A DNA stretch of 64,000 nucleotides from Polymyxa betae A26-41 (GCA_003693705.1 RBZT01000711.1:4335-68334), one strand, 5' to 3'. Numbered from the stretch's first letter, positions 1 through 13,379 are shown. Notes: a model not told the origin generated them from the sequence alone. Made by a program: numbers and translations.

Positions 1-2169
1 ATAGCATGTTGTGATACGAGAAAGTAAGCCTTAGCGGTAGCCCCAAGAATAATCCTTCCTGATTGTTGCAAGGCTAACACACTGCTCTAGTCAACAGAAG
101 GGGCTGACATGAAAACGGTTATCGTTTACCGTCGTGAAGGGGGAATGGATGGCGGAATCGCCAAACTGGCCCTAATCATTATGCATCAGAAAATTCAAAG
201 TTTGAACAACAAGAATCCTTGACGTCGCCAACGAGCCCTTTGAGACTAAGTCAGAGTGTCCCTCCTGCAGCTGTCGCAAATCAGAAGAAAGACCAGAATG
301 GCAAATTTAAGACGTCCAAGCCACGAGTATGGCCTAATCTCTTAGCAACGAGAAGCGCTTCTTCGAACAAATACAAGAGGGGCTTTCAAGGGCGAATTTC
401 GATCGACTAATTAAGCCACAAATGGAATTATTATAGACAAAGCAGGCAATACAGCGCTCGCCAAATGCTGATGGATCAACTAGTAGAGATTGTAGACGAA
501 AAGACAGTCGAGCTACTCCCAATCGTTCTGATAACGTTCCGATCTTGACTGTACATGTGGTCATCATCGGCATCGGCTTCGTCCAGATCCTGATGCTCTT
601 GCCTCATCGTCATCCGATCTTGTTGCTGTTATTGTCCCGATAGTGCGGTTGCTGTCGTAGTCTTCATCATCCTGATCATGCGGCTGCTGTCGTCGCCTTC
701 ATCATCGCTCCGTTCGTGCCACTGTCGTCGTCCACACACAACCTCATTGAACGGCCATAGTCTGACGCCATCAGGTTGTGTCATCGTCCGCTCACGTCCT
801 GATCATTTCATCGTAGCCATAATCTGGATTTTATTTCTCATTGCTTTGTTAAGACTCATTTCAATCGCTTTGTATGAACTTTTTGATTGATCAGATTTCA
901 TCATGCCCATTGAGTATATCAGTTTAACATCATTTTTTTATTATCAACAAATTTCTTCTCGTCCGATTCTAATTATAAAATAACTTTTAACTCCTAAGAC
1001 TTTGCCGAGCATTAAGATTACGGGTTCTACATTCTCGAAGAATACCCACCTTGACCACTTGTTATTCTCTGATTTGCTCATGGCACGACCAGCGGTTGCT
1101 GTGTCTCTTGGTCCAAACTGTATCCGGTTGGTACCAATCAACAAAGGCCAATTGCAAACGGGAAGCGTCTTCTTTGACGTTGAGAGAAAAACCACAGAGC
1201 AGCGGCGAGCCAACGAACAATCTTGTTTGAATTAGATTCAATTTCACCTGCATCATATGGCTGCAGGTTTCAAGAGCTCTTTGTTAGTAATTCCGGGAAC
1301 GAAATAGTGTTCTTTCATGCATTTTGCGTCTCGATATTGCTATTCCCCTGATATTTTTATCAACTTTGATATGGTAAGCAATATATAAGGCTGTCTCAAT
1401 TTTCAATCTCCAAAGAATCACAATCATTAATAAATCCACTATAGATCGAATGCAAGCGCTGAACGATAAAAGCTAGCTAGGTTTATTTCCCAGAATACAG
1501 CAGTATATTAAAGAAATCCGCAAATATAAACCCACTTTTGAAGTCTAGTTTCAGTCACAGAATCCCAAAGTGGGTGTCACTGTGTTCTTCCGTTTATTAT
1601 TGGAAAGTGGATGTCTGTAATCCCTGTTTTTATGATGTCGCCTTCTGAGAGGGATAGCTCAGGATCTGAACGCGAATTCGATTTAGATTTGGATCGAGCT
1701 ATGGGATGGTTCCTTCCCTTGCTGTATTCGGAAAAAATGCAGTGGTTTGATTCCACTAGCTTGCTCAAGTGGTTTCCGCTTGCGATTCCGTGCAGATTTC
1801 AGATTAGCGCCTGCATCTCCGGGACCGGATGAATCTATTTGGACAGTAGGTGCAAATTGAGTCGATCCCAAGGGGTTATCCATTCAAAATCGCAACAACA
1901 GATCACACAAAAATAAGTAATAAAGCTAAACAGAGTTTGAAACTGGAACTACGTCCACTTTTATTGCTTAAAACAATTTCACATCCACTTTAATGTGACC
2001 GAAAGCTTACTGGGAGGCTCAGCGGAATCCTAGACTCTCTTTGACCCAAACTGGCTGTGACAAAATCCAGTTTGAGCCAAATTACGGATAGCTTCATTAT
2101 AATATCTGATTTTTAAGGTCTGAAATATCAGTTTGGCTTTCAACACTGACTCGATTACGCATGACATTG

Positions 2170-3421
2170 TCATCGGAAGTTGCCCCGCATTTTGCAATTT
2201 CGATTTCGCAATATGCTGAATTTTGAAGTTGTTACCTCCTTCACTATCAATGCATGAACAAAAAACTGTTTGTAGAGTGAGAAAGTGAAATTAATCTTGA
2301 AGGGCTCCAGCTCTTCAAACGATTCCAGCACTGCGTTGATATCTGGTCCAAACTCGCAGTTTTCTTTTTGCATTGTAGTTTCTGAATCGCATTGAAGAAG
2401 CCTAAATCTAGGCTATTCATATCAGGGCTGTTAGGCGGCTGACATATAAGCTGAATGTGGTATCCGCCCTCTGTGAATTCAGAGACAAACTCCGGGTGAT
2501 CCGATCGGATATGTGGTCTTGCGTTATCTTGTTGGATAAACACTGGAGCTTGATTGGAAAATTTAGAGCAAATTGCTGGCAAAAGCTTTGTGATGAGGAA
2601 TTCCAGTTATATTTTTGGTTTCAATTCAGTGTTCCTCTCAGGCGGTGTTTGCTGGATCGCTGTACGGGCTCAATAGTAACGAACGGCCCCATACCGTTGT
2701 TCCGTTAAAGATGCAGTTGCCGCTCGCGACGAAGCGGGGCTTCGCGACCGCGGCAAGAAACATAACTTTACCGATGAACTTTTTGCTCTTGCCGACACGG
2801 TGCAGTGTCGCTTCGTCCCTCGTCAGATAGAGTTTCTTCGTTCCCTGAGTAAGGATGAACCACTTCTCATCGATGTGGACCACATCCATCATCGGTCTAA
2901 ATTTCGGCAATGATTACATTGAATCCGGCTGTATCATAGACAAAACTTGAGACGAGTGATAGTATCCTCATTATTAAGCGTTGGTTTTAGAGCATTTGGA
3001 TGACGCCGGATTTCCTCATTTTTCAATTTTCGATGTTCAGTGCAGTGACAGGGATTTTCGTTACTGCTGATAAATCTTCCAGTGTGCCTCTTCGTTCTAA
3101 AGGGACTGCGGAAACAATTGTAGAAATGCTCGCATATTTCAGTTTCCGTCCGCATTTTCTTTTCCGTGAGCGGACGTCTGCAAGAATTGCTCCAGCAGCC
3201 AATGACGATTCTCCACGCCTCCATATGCGACTTGCTGTTTTCCAGTAAATTCCAAATTCTTTACCGACTTTGGGAAAGGAGCCTTTTAGGCTGTCCTTTG
3301 TCGTCCAGCATCCGCAAGAGGCGCTCATAGACAGCGCGCGCTGGTCGTTATTGAGATCATGACAGCGAACGATACCGTTTACATTTGCTGGGTCGGCGTC
3401 CGACGCAGTCAAGGTGTCCAT
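2170..3421 (-). pseudogene. Plant/oomycete-type mariner (DD39D-like) transposase, frameshifted
   Basis: VHIDEKWF, KSKKFIGKVMFLAAVAKPR, IQQDNARPH and QPPNSPDMNSLDLGFF, spread over ORFs 3023-3421, 2934-3224, 2638-2910 and 2247-2582. TIRs not identified. Confidence 0.9.
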
Positions 3422-4414
3422 GCTGATGACCGAGCTGAATCAGCTCGCTGCAATTCTTAACAGAACAATGAAACATGCATGCACTGCAGCACGACCATCC
3501 GTATCAAAAACAGTACTGGCACCACAGCTTTCATAATCTAACGCTTCGTCCAACGTTATGACAACATTCTATGTGTGATGGTTAGGACTATAAAGAGTAC
3601 CGAACAAAGTCCAGGCGCAAATATAATGCATGAAATCAGTTTTATACTGGCGACTCGGATCCCAGCTGCTACTGAAATATGCTGTCAGTAAGTGTACACC
3701 ATAATGACCAGGACCGGGCTGCTTGTATGGACGGTTTGAGTCGCTCGTCCTGTCATATGGCTTTGCTGTGTTACTGCCTCTTCGAAGAGCCCGTTCGACC
3801 CGTCTGCGTTCTTCATGGCAAGCTGACAGATGTCCTGATAAACAGTCCAAGTCTATCAGAACAACAGTCGTGATAATTAGCAGATTTCAAAATCTGTTCT
3901 TAGTCCATAGAGCAGGAGCGGGTGGTCTGAAACTCAGATGCTGACATCTTCGAACGATTGCTGTCTTGCGGAAGGGATGGGACGAGGGTAAGTGAGCGAA
4001 AGATCCCAGACGACAAGTCCTTTTGTTAGACCTCAAGCCTATTTTGCTGCAGATGCAAGCCGCATTTAAACCTGTGGCTCCCGCTTTCCTCATCGCTTTG
4101 GCAAAAGCTGGAAGATCTGCCATACTGCTTACCAGCTTAACCTTGACATAACAGTCATTAGCGCATCATCACATTTATACTTGATTCAGCCGGATCCCTA
4201 ATTCTCACCATGATAAGCGATTCAGATGAAGTGTCAAATATGCATATCCCTTGCCGGTTGATCAGATTTAATTCGTGTGCTATGAGCCTAAGGTATGCCT
4301 GGAAGATGCCGTCTTTTATGCAAAACCCTATTCTACGTTTAATCTGATTACGATTTTATGCCTTCTCCCTTTATTGTTTTGCATTTAATAGATCTCGTGC
4401 ATCGGGTAAAGGCT

Positions 4415-5350
4415 CTTCATTGAGCTTCATTTGCACTAAATTCGCACATGCCGCTAAAATGATTTACTTGCTTGCGAGAATGCCGAAAGTGTTCTTTGAG
4501 GCAACTGAATCCTTAAAACGTTTGTCTACCATTTCATGTCTCGCCTGTAAGAGCTTAAGCCTTCGGTTGAGCTGTCGGTCACAATCAGAACGAGGATGTT
4601 CTATAGGGGTGAAAATATTACTCCTCCTGTCCCGGCATCCTTTATCTGCAGCAGGTTTTTCTCCTGGGAGCAATTTCGGAACGAGGCAATGTCTTGCCAA
4701 GCGAATGTCGGGCCCAGGTCAGCATTGTATCCCTCCAGCAACATGGACTATCTTGCTAACGCCAATGGCAAGACCGACCTCATAACGCAGCCCTGCATGC
4801 TTGCACTTGTGCGACCTGTCGTTTTTGTCAAATACTGCTTGTTCAAACACCCACAAATCGGTCCCATCGAGAGTACAGGATGGCACTAACTGGCTACAAT
4901 TTTCCCACCGGGTTTCCCAATGAATCTGAATCGTTCACAGTCAACGAAAAGACCAAACATTTAAAAGCAAAATTTATTACGTAATCTAGTTTTGAGATTT
5001 GCTCAACTACAAACCAAACCCATTTCCTCTAATTCTTTGCTGACAACTTAAATACTGGACAAGCAACTTCCTCGGGCCGGTAACATTGTTGAAAATTTTC
5101 TTCCCATTAGAAGGTGCTCTCGGCGCAGGTGCTTGTCGGAATTTCGGATATCGGACCATACCCGCAAGCAAGCCCTTAAGCTTATCCCGAAATGGGCTTT
5201 CCATTTCCTCTTCCATGATACTGCAGAGACGTATTCACAGAACCATTTGGCTTCGTTCACCGAACACATCATGAATGGACAAAAATTGCGTGTGGGCATA
5301 TGTTGGTACTCGAACATGAGACTGGAAAAACCGGTGTTTTCGGTTTCCAA
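4415..5350 (-). pseudogene. DDE_Tnp_4-type (ISL2EU-like) transposase
   Basis: WKAHFGIS..C..VW..EHLL, then TLDGTD..SHKCKHAGLRYEVG..GPD..L..GEKPAADKG..ARHEMVDKRFK. Contains in-frame stops. Confidence 0.8.
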
Positions 5351-5699
5351 AAAAAATGTACAGAAACTGATTGCTACTGAGCACAGAGCTTGACCATTTC
5401 AGCAGCAAGCAATATAGCGCTGTATGGACGGCTGAGGGCGATAATATTAACGTTTAACAAAATACAATTCGGCAAAACTAAACCGAAAAAAATAAAAAAA
5501 CTGCGTTTGGCTCTTGCAATTACATCGCTTTGTTCGATTTTGCCTAGCTGTTCTCAGATACGAATTTTTGGAGTTAGACGTTCAAGGTAGAATTTTGAGA
5601 CTGGTTTTTCGGTTTGACGAGTTTCGTTTATGAACGCAGCCATGGAAAGTGTGCGGGTAATTGATGCACATTCAAACTTCTGAGTTCGTACTATAAATC

Positions 5700-6520
5700 A
5701 TGTCCAAGAAGTCTAACAAGGTCTCGTCATTAACGGCCGAGCACGACAAACGCCTGCCCGCAATCTTAGGCGAGCTATAAGATGGGATTGACGGCAAGAC
5801 GATCACCGGGAAACAAGTCAAAGCATACGATGCCTTGTTTGCGTGACTGGATTCTGCACTACTGGGGAGAAAAATACGCCAAGGTCGATCTAACCGAGCC
5901 GACAATGGTAATATGCACTTTTTCGGCATTTTCTATAATATTTTTGACACTTCATAGCGGTTGCGCATCACATGGTTGCCGGAGATGAGGATGACGAGAT
6001 TACGCCATTGATATTGAATCGTAAGCGTGATTTTAAAATCTTTAGCTCCGATGTCGAGGAGATGAAAAGATACAGTAATGTTACCGATCAAAACACCCAT
6101 CTTCGGGTTCGTCAAAATGGGTTTCAATTTGACATTAGACCTTTCGAAACAGTGGAGTGGGCAGATGGAACGCGTGCAACAGTGCTCTTGATCATTACCG
6201 CAAACTACTCGATAACCGCGGCAGTCTCTGCTAATGGGCATTATCTTGATTGTTAACTATTTCCAGAGAATGATTGACCCAGATTTCTACCTTAGCCCCA
6301 GTGCCAAAAATAATATTTTATCCTGCTCCGAGTCAAGAGCCACTCTGCAATATTTTGAAGGTAAAGAAGCAGAAACTAAGCATTTTCGAAGAAAATACTT
6401 CCTTCAATGGTAAAGCGTGACATCAACAGCACGAAGGGAACATATCCATCTGTAATGGTGTTTACTCTTACTGTCGCCCCCGATATCTCTTATGGGGATT
6501 CCGAATCCTGCGAGTCGTTG
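5700..6520 (+). pseudogene. Divergent partner ORF of the ISL2EU-like element, function unknown
   Basis: Protein-like frame MSKKSNKVSSL..., a probable GT-AG intron (~5909-5958), then ORF 5972-6256. Lies inside the element's TIRs. Confidence 0.4.
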
Positions 6521-7353
6521 TAAAACGGCTTCTAAAACGTTTGGTTCCGGTTTTTGGAGCTCTTTTAGGTGTTTGAAAATAAATTACAAATAATAATGGG
6601 TTTTAGTTAAAAGACCGCAGCTTTCTGGCTGGAGAAGTAAGATGAGGATGTCCTAGCAACGGAAGATGGTTTGCAATGAGCAAACGATGGTAGAGTCAAA
6701 TAGCTAAAAACATGTGGCCAAACCGAGATTTCCAACGAATTGTGAACACAAACACCATCGAAGCCGTGAGCGACAGCAATGACCATGGATTTCCTCTCTG
6801 GAAACTCCCAGAGAGATCGCATGAAGATGACCGATGTCAGGATACCTGGATGTATTCTTTGCAATGACAATGTTTCCTTGACATGAAACTGGACATAGTG
6901 GTCGTAGAAGAGGTCGCCGTGGATCCAGTTGTTTAAAAGCTCGCTCTTCAGCTTTGTTTCCTTGAATTCTTCAACCTGCATTACGAGCTCGCTATATCCG
7001 GTCCAAAACAAAATTGCGAATGTACTGAAGCAAACCTAGTCAAAGGGCGTTATTGGACTCTGTTGCAAAGACAGACCAACCGGAATGTCATTGTACAATG
7101 GCCAGTAATGAAACGATTTAGCATTTTCTCTGGAACTACTGAAAATAGGGCAGCTCTCTGCCGTCTCCAACTCTAATACGTAGATGCAGTGGCCAGATAG
7201 ACATGGCAGAAGTTGAAGTGGCTTGAGCGGGAGAAGTATATCTCTCAGAATAGTTGTTTTAGCCTCGTTCCAGCAATTTGGGAAACACTTGAACAGAGCA
7301 ACGTCGTCTCAAGAAGACAAATCTGGTGCTGGTGGGTAAAAGGAAGATGATTC

Positions 7354-10300
7354 TGTTAAACGAGGCGAAGGGAGATTATGATTATCTAAAGAACTGAAGA
7401 AGTTTAATTGAGGTAAGCTCATTGTAGGTAAATTGTAATAGTTGATTCGCACATGAGTTAGTGTCTTGTGTCAACACGCCCCTTCGCTAAGGCCGCGTTT
7501 GGGTGTCGTTACGCACACCTTTCTGCGTAGAAATTTTCTATTTAGAAGCCAACTACACCTCCAAGATGTAGTGCGTTTTTCGTAAAATTTCTACACTTTC
7601 CTACATTCTTCTACGCAGAATTTGCGGATTCCAAACGCGGCCTAATCAATAGTGTGTGTTTCCGACCTGAGTCGTGGCTGTTGAGTAAAGGACATTGTGG
7701 CTGGATGCTGCGCCGCAGTTCGCAGTTTGAGTTGGGAACTCATAGGGTGCAGGGATGCGCTTCGAGCCATAGTTGATGAGTGTTGAACGATGTTGGTTGA
7801 GTACTCGTTCGTTGAGCGGATTGGTGAGGGCGTCGGTGAGCATCGCGGTCGTCGGGCTTAGCTGATTATGATCCGGCCTTCCGTGACCTTCTCACGTATT
7901 AAGTGATAACGAACGTAGATGTGTTTGGTTCTTGTTTTGTTGCAGTGGTTGTTCTCCAATAATATCACCCCTTGGTTGTTTTGAAAAAATGTTGACTTTT
8001 TCTTGTTTATGATGCCGACTTCGAAAAATAGGTTTTGTAGACATAAGGCTTCTTTTGTTGCATCACAAGCGGCAAAGTATTCCGCCACTGTGCTTGATAA
8101 TGTGACCGGCTTTTGTTTTGAGCTTTGCCATGATACAGTATTTTCTCCAAGCTTGTAATTCCATCTCGTGATGGATTTTCGATCGGCTTTATCTCCTGCG
8201 TAATCGCTGTCAGCCCATCCGGTTAATTCAAAGATTCTCTTTTTGAAGTTCAATCCGAATCCTTCTGTTGTTTTGATGTATTTGATGATGTGCTGAATCA
8301 AGTTCCACAGTTGCTTGCTGGGCTTTGTAGCATGTCGTGCGACTGAATTGACTGGGAAAGTGATGTCGGGTCTTGTGTTGTTAGCGAGATGCCTGAGTGA
8401 ACCAATTGCTTCTCTGACTGGGTAGCTTTTATCACTTTCGTTTTGGTCTTTTTCTGGGTCATAGATTTTGTCCTTCGGTGTTGATCGGCCTCTGGAGTTC
8501 TCCTGACCGAATATCTTTACAATCGAGCTGGCGTATTGCGTCTGAGTGAGTAATATGCCGTTGTCGGTCATTGTTGCTTCAATTCCCAAAAACTGCTTTA
8601 GGTTGCCTAAGTCCTTCATTCGGAATCTTGATGACAAAATTTTCTTGATGTTGTTGACTTCATTTCGGTCGTTGCCTGTGATGAGGAGATCGTCAACATA
8701 GGTGCCAATCAATGTCAGGCTGTTGTTGTAAAGCTTATGGAATATACAGGGCTCCTTCAGGGTTTGTTTGAAGTTTGCTGATTTAATGGCGTCGACGAGA
8801 TCATGCTGCCAGGCGCGTCCAGATTGTTTTAGCCCGTACTGTGCTTTGTTAAGCAGACAGACTTCTCCGCCTTGCTTGGTGAGGCCTTCGGGCTGCTGAA
8901 TATAAATCTGAATTTATAACGGGGCATTGAGGTAAGCTGTAGAAAAATCGTAGTGGTGGATTCACCAATCTTTGTTGACTGCGATGCAGATGAGGATTCG
9001 AAGAGATGTACCTGTGAGCACAGATGAGTAAGTTTCGTGATAATCGATTCCGTATTGTTGGGTGCAGCCTTTCGCAACAAGACGTGCTTCATAACGCTTT
9101 TCGCCATTCGGGAGTCGCTTTTTCGTGAATATCCATCGCGATTGAATTGCCTTCGTAAGCTCTGGTAGATTGTCAATGCCCAGGTTTCGTTTTTCTTATG
9201 TGTTTTCAGTTCCTCGAGTGCAGCTTCATGACATTTTGCCGCGTCTGGCATCGACATTGCCTCTTTGTAGGTTCGTGGGTATCCAGTTGATGTATGGGGT
9301 CCGTAAAGGTCCGTATCAATTCCATATTACTAAAATGGTTTCCAGAGGGTCAGTGCTGTTTTCAAGTATCGGTGAATTTGACGGGGCTGCAATAATGATT
9401 GTTCATCGAATGTAAAATCTCGTCGAAAGAATATTTTCTTGCTCTCAAGGTGTTGTAGGATATATCCCTTCTGGTATGGCGCCTAACCGAGGAATCGGCA
9501 TTTGATAGAAGTCGGCTGAATCGAGGTTCGGACTGATGGGTCAATATTCGCGTATACTGTACATCCAAAAGGCCTCAGGTGATTCATGTTTGGTTTGGCT
9601 CCGATCCAGAGCTCGTGTGGCGTGCGCCAGTTAATCCGGCGTGTAGGGAGGCGATTTAACGTGTACACTGCCTGATGCACGGCGAACGACCAATAATCGT
9701 ACGACAGTTTCGACCCGATCATATTCAACGCGCCATGGCCATGATGATCTGATTTCTTCGTTCGGCTTGTCCATTCTGTTGCGAGCTGTAAGGAACTGTT
9801 CGTTGATGTTTGATGTTTTTCTGAAGCAGAAATAGGCTCTTGTCCCGGTTGAAGTGTTCCCAGCCGCTGTCTGTTAACATCATTGCTACTCGCAGCTTCG
9901 TCTCCGCTTGACTGCTGGTGAAGAACCGCTTCATTGCGTTGAGCACTTCTTAGGCGTTGTTATGCTTCAGTAATCCGATACCTGTCCATGTAGAATAGAG
10001 GCAGTTGAAGATGATATAATATCGGAACCATTCGCGACTTGGTACAAAGAATGGTCCTTTGATGACAGATGAGATAATTTCAAACGGTCGTGTCGGTTTC
10101 GTTCGACGTTCCTTCGGGAAGGGCTGTCTTCTCGATTTTCCGTGTGCACATTCTTCGCAGAAGCTCCGATCTTTGCTGTTGACGCTGATGCCGTCAGTGG
10201 AATCTGGAATGTGCTGAAGACGCTCGTCTGATGAATGGCCAAATCGCCTGTGCGCCAGTTCCATGCTGATGCTGGAATTCGATTCGATAATGGAGATGGC

Positions 10301-11780
10301 GTTAATGGAGTCCGTTACGTTCTTCTGCTGTAATCACCGAATTGCCACTTCGATTGATGATCTTCAGCTTGTCCTGGATAAGCACGGTATATCCCTGTTC
10401 ACGGAACGATTTTGTGGCTAATAATGTCTTAGTGATGTTCGGTGCGAACAAGACACAAGACATTGTTGATGGTGATTGATGGATTTCCTGAAACGGTTAG
10501 TGATCCTGTTCCATATGCAAAAATTTTACCGCGATTGCTGGATGTGATTACGAGCGGCGTTTCGATGCCGTTGTAATTCTGGAGGATCGACTTCTCGTTG
10601 GTCATGTTGACGTTGGCCCCGCTGTCGATTAGGTACGTTTTTCGTTTCTGTCGGGTGCTGGTTGATGTGTGAAACCCTTTGAGCTCTGCAGATTCGTCAT
10701 CTGTCGTAACAGCGGTGTTGTTTGCCGCCACGGTCTTGGTTTTTCTTGAATTTCGATTGAGTTCTGGGCGTAAGATGCCGCATTCGCTGTTCGAGTGATT
10801 GTTCATCTTGCACTTTGAACAGAATTTTGTGGGCTTGAAGTTTTTCAGGCGGGAATTCAACGTTTTGATCTCTGAATTCAGGCAGTTGAGATCTGCTTGA
10901 GGGGCCAATACCGCGTCAGAAGATCCTGCGTCCCGTTCGGCTGATAACAACAAATTGGTCAGTCTTGGGATCGTGTTCACCTGCGACGCTCTTGCGGCAG
11001 TTTTGGTTTGCTGGTAAGTTTCCGGGAGACCTTCTAACGCTTTCGTGCATAAGGCAATTTCACCAATGATGATGTCATATGTGTTGAGGTCGTGGTATAG
11101 TCCAACAAGCTTGTCCAAAATATGATTTCATGGATTCAGTAGGTTTTTTCTTGAGGTGCATGAACTATAGGAATAACTTTGAAGCTTTGGATTCCGCACT
11201 TTCGTCATAAACTCCTTTGAGCGGCCTCCATATCTCGTTTGCCGTCCTGCATTGTGACACTTGTTTGTACTGAGCTTGAGGAAGCCGCATTAGTATCTGA
11301 GCGGCAGACAATTTGTCGTTCCGCGCTTCATGTCGAAGTTCGGCGTTAGGCGGGTGTTCTAAGTATGTCTCGATACACATAATCGTGAACTAGGTCTCGA
11401 GATTCCGCTTGAATTCTTCCTAAATAGAGCCATTGAATTGGGGGATGAGTTTGAGACCTGAGTTGTATTTCGCCAGGTCGACTTCGTCAGAGAGTCGATG
11501 GACCGAGGTTGAAGCTCGAATTCGACTTGAAAAATTGTTGGGCCGTTCGGACTTGGCTGTTTGGTGCTGGTTCATAATCGTCAGCGAAATGAGCGCTCGG
11601 ACGTCGGCTTATCGCTGGGACCATCGTAGCTGTAGAGTTCGAGTAGGACTCTTTATCTGTTAAACGAGGCGATGGGAGATTATGAGTATCAAAAGAAGTG
11701 CAGAAGTTGTATTGAGGTAAACTCATTTTAGGTAAATTGCCATAGTTGATTCACACATGCGTTAGTGTCTTGTGTTAACA
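7354..11780 (-). mobile_element. Full-length Ty1/Copia LTR retrotransposon (Copia-1), degenerate
   Basis: 123-bp TG..CA LTRs at 7354-7476 and 11658-11780 (14 substitutions). 5-bp TSD GATTC at 7349-7353 and 11781-11785. PPT AAGGGGCG. Order gag (CxxCxxxxHxxxxC) - protease (IDSGA) - integrase (QQNGQAER) - RT (YVDD) - RNase H (ADSDYA, TKHI). Confidence 0.97.
7491..7642. mobile_element. Tourist-like MITE (PIF/Harbinger), 152 bp
   Basis: Perfect 12-bp TIR GGCCGCGTTTGG/CCAAACGCGGCC, TAA TSD on both sides, and a subterminal inverted repeat TTCTGCGTAGAA/TTCTACGCAGAA. Confidence 0.92.
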
Positions 11781-11896
11781 GATTCAAAGGTTCCATCATC
11801 GACCAAGAGATTCAAGATGAGGATGTTACTGCCCGGTTCTAGGTTCGACTCTCACACAGGTGCAAAGGTTATTGTCATACCACAAACGATTTTAAC

Positions 11897-12429
11897 ATGC
11901 TCACCATAGATGGAATCGGAATAATGGGAAACCTTCGCCTCGGACAACTTGCACCAAACAAGGGTAATGCGCCATGTTTGGGTCAGTTGAGAATCGGGGA
12001 AACAGGGGGATCTCTTCGCCTGTACAAATCAAAGACAGAAATTCATCGCGATAACGATTTAGTAAAATATGCCAGAGGAAGTCATGAGTCCACGAGATTC
12101 AATCAATTAGGATGGATTAACAACTTGATTGAATCTCGGCGACCAAATCGAAAGACACGAACAAGTCCGGTTTTTCAAACGAAAACCGGGTGACCAATTC
12201 GTGGTCCCGCGTTCATCAAGTGGCTGAGATTGAAAACAGAAATTGGAGAGCTGTCTGTGAAATTCTCCGGACACTTCTTAAGAATCGGAGGGATGAACGA
12301 ATTTCGGAAAGCCGGTGTCATTAAGGGGTGATAAAGGCTCACGGCCGGTGGAGCAGTGATGCTGTGAACAGATACTTGCGAATATATGACGAAGAGGAGA
12401 CAAAGGATTTAAAATCGCTGTTGAGCTAA
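11897..12429 (+). pseudogene. Tyrosine recombinase C-terminal domain
   Basis: GNLRLGQL, LRLYKSKT, FSGHFLRIGG (HxxR) and HGRWSSDAVNRYLR (catalytic Tyr). Interrupted by stops and a frameshift. Confidence 0.85.
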
Positions 12430-13379
12430 CTGAATACCAAATAAAAAACGTGCAGACGTTGAGATACGGCAGCGACTGCGGATTCAGCCGATTTACTAGG
12501 AAGATTAGCTCCAGCTTCTTTTATTTTTGAAGGCGTAATGTTTGGAGGTCCAAAAACTAAATCTTTGTCGAATCGAGGGGGCAGGACTCTTATTCCCTCC
12601 CTCCCGACGGCGAATTTGGCCTCCGCCTTAAACACACAATCGTAAAAATAATACCGATAATTGGGATCTGGCAATGAAGGAACGAAATCAGCAAGTATCG
12701 AGATTATGGGTAAAATGATGAAAATTCAAATGTTCTATCATAGACAAAAGATTCAAGATGCGACTGTTTCTGTCAGAATATAGGTTCGACTCTCTCACAG
12801 GTGGTTTAATGTTTTTGTTTTAATGTCCACAGCCAAATTCTGCGTTGCGTGAACTGTGCTGATGGTACAGTAAAGAGAAGTTCGGCTGCCGCGTGGCTGT
12901 TGTGGAGCACAAGGGCCCACTGGGATCCCAGTGTTTCAAGGACTGAGACACTGTACCCTTTCTAACAACACCAGTGGGTTAACACCACAGCAGGTTGGCG
13001 CAAGCTCGGGCCTTAGCGTGATCACCCGACTTCGATGCCTCTATCTTGAATCGTTCTTCAAACCTGTCGACAACTTCAACATCGAATCACCCGTTGCCTA
13101 CCCAAGCCAAGACATTGAAAGAAATCTGCAGTTGAAAACCCAAACTCGCGAATCTAAGGGAGGTCCAGAAGGTAGATCTTTGGCGAACTGAGGGGACAGG
13201 ATTCGTATTCCCTCCCCCCCGATGGCGAATTGGCCTCCGCCTTAAACACACAATCCTAATAAATTATACCGATAATGTGATGCTAGATCGGGTACAGAGA
13301 TCGAGTACTAGTTTTTTTGAAAAAAAGAGCGAGTTTGAATGGTGAATAGCACGCTGGATTTTTTTCTGTATTAGGTTAG

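Larger units (their letters stand above)
4290..6629. mobile_element. ISL2EU/Harbinger-like (PHIS) DNA transposon inserted in the CACTA gene
   Basis: Imperfect inverted repeats GCCTGGAAGATGCCGTCTTTTA (4297-4318) and TAAAAGACCGCAGCTTTCTGGC (6608-6629), 18/22 match. CACTA coding sequence resumes on both sides. Confidence 0.65.
950..7330 (-). pseudogene. CACTA/EnSpm (Transposase_21-like) transposase remnant, split by mariner and ISL2EU-like insertions
   Basis: Collinear minus-strand motifs: CLSGHCIY..ESCP..R..AKSFHYWPL (~7100-7210); HGFDGVCVH..SVWPHV..LP..KP (6607-7011 ORF); LIAHELNLINRQGICIFD / intron / VKLVSSMADLPAFAK..GATG..ACICSKIG..HLPSSHPFRK (3890-4290); YKTDFMH (~3630); LNLHLL (~1850); LAFVDWY (~1140). 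Many stops and frameshifts. Confidence 0.75.
7333..13276 (+). mobile_element. Internally deleted tyrosine-recombinase (Ngaro/PAT-like) element with split direct repeats A1-YR-B1-A2-B2
   Basis: A1 (7333-7353 plus 11786-11862, split by Copia-1) resembles A2 (12707-12803). B1 (12544-12661) resembles B2 (13159-13276). A YR coding remnant lies between A1 and B1. Confidence 0.6.

Noticed and set aside
550-940. TCA/TCG-rich tract as an LTR or coding region
   Set aside because: No partner repeat, PBS/PPT or recognisable protein. Probably the UTR of a decayed element.
11786-11862. tRNA gene
   Set aside because: Only a T-loop/B-box-like motif is present, and I could not fold a cloverleaf.
11897-12429. 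Phage or bacterial integrase (horizontal transfer or contamination)
   Set aside because: The motif style and split repeats fit eukaryotic YR elements, and there are no prokaryotic neighbours.
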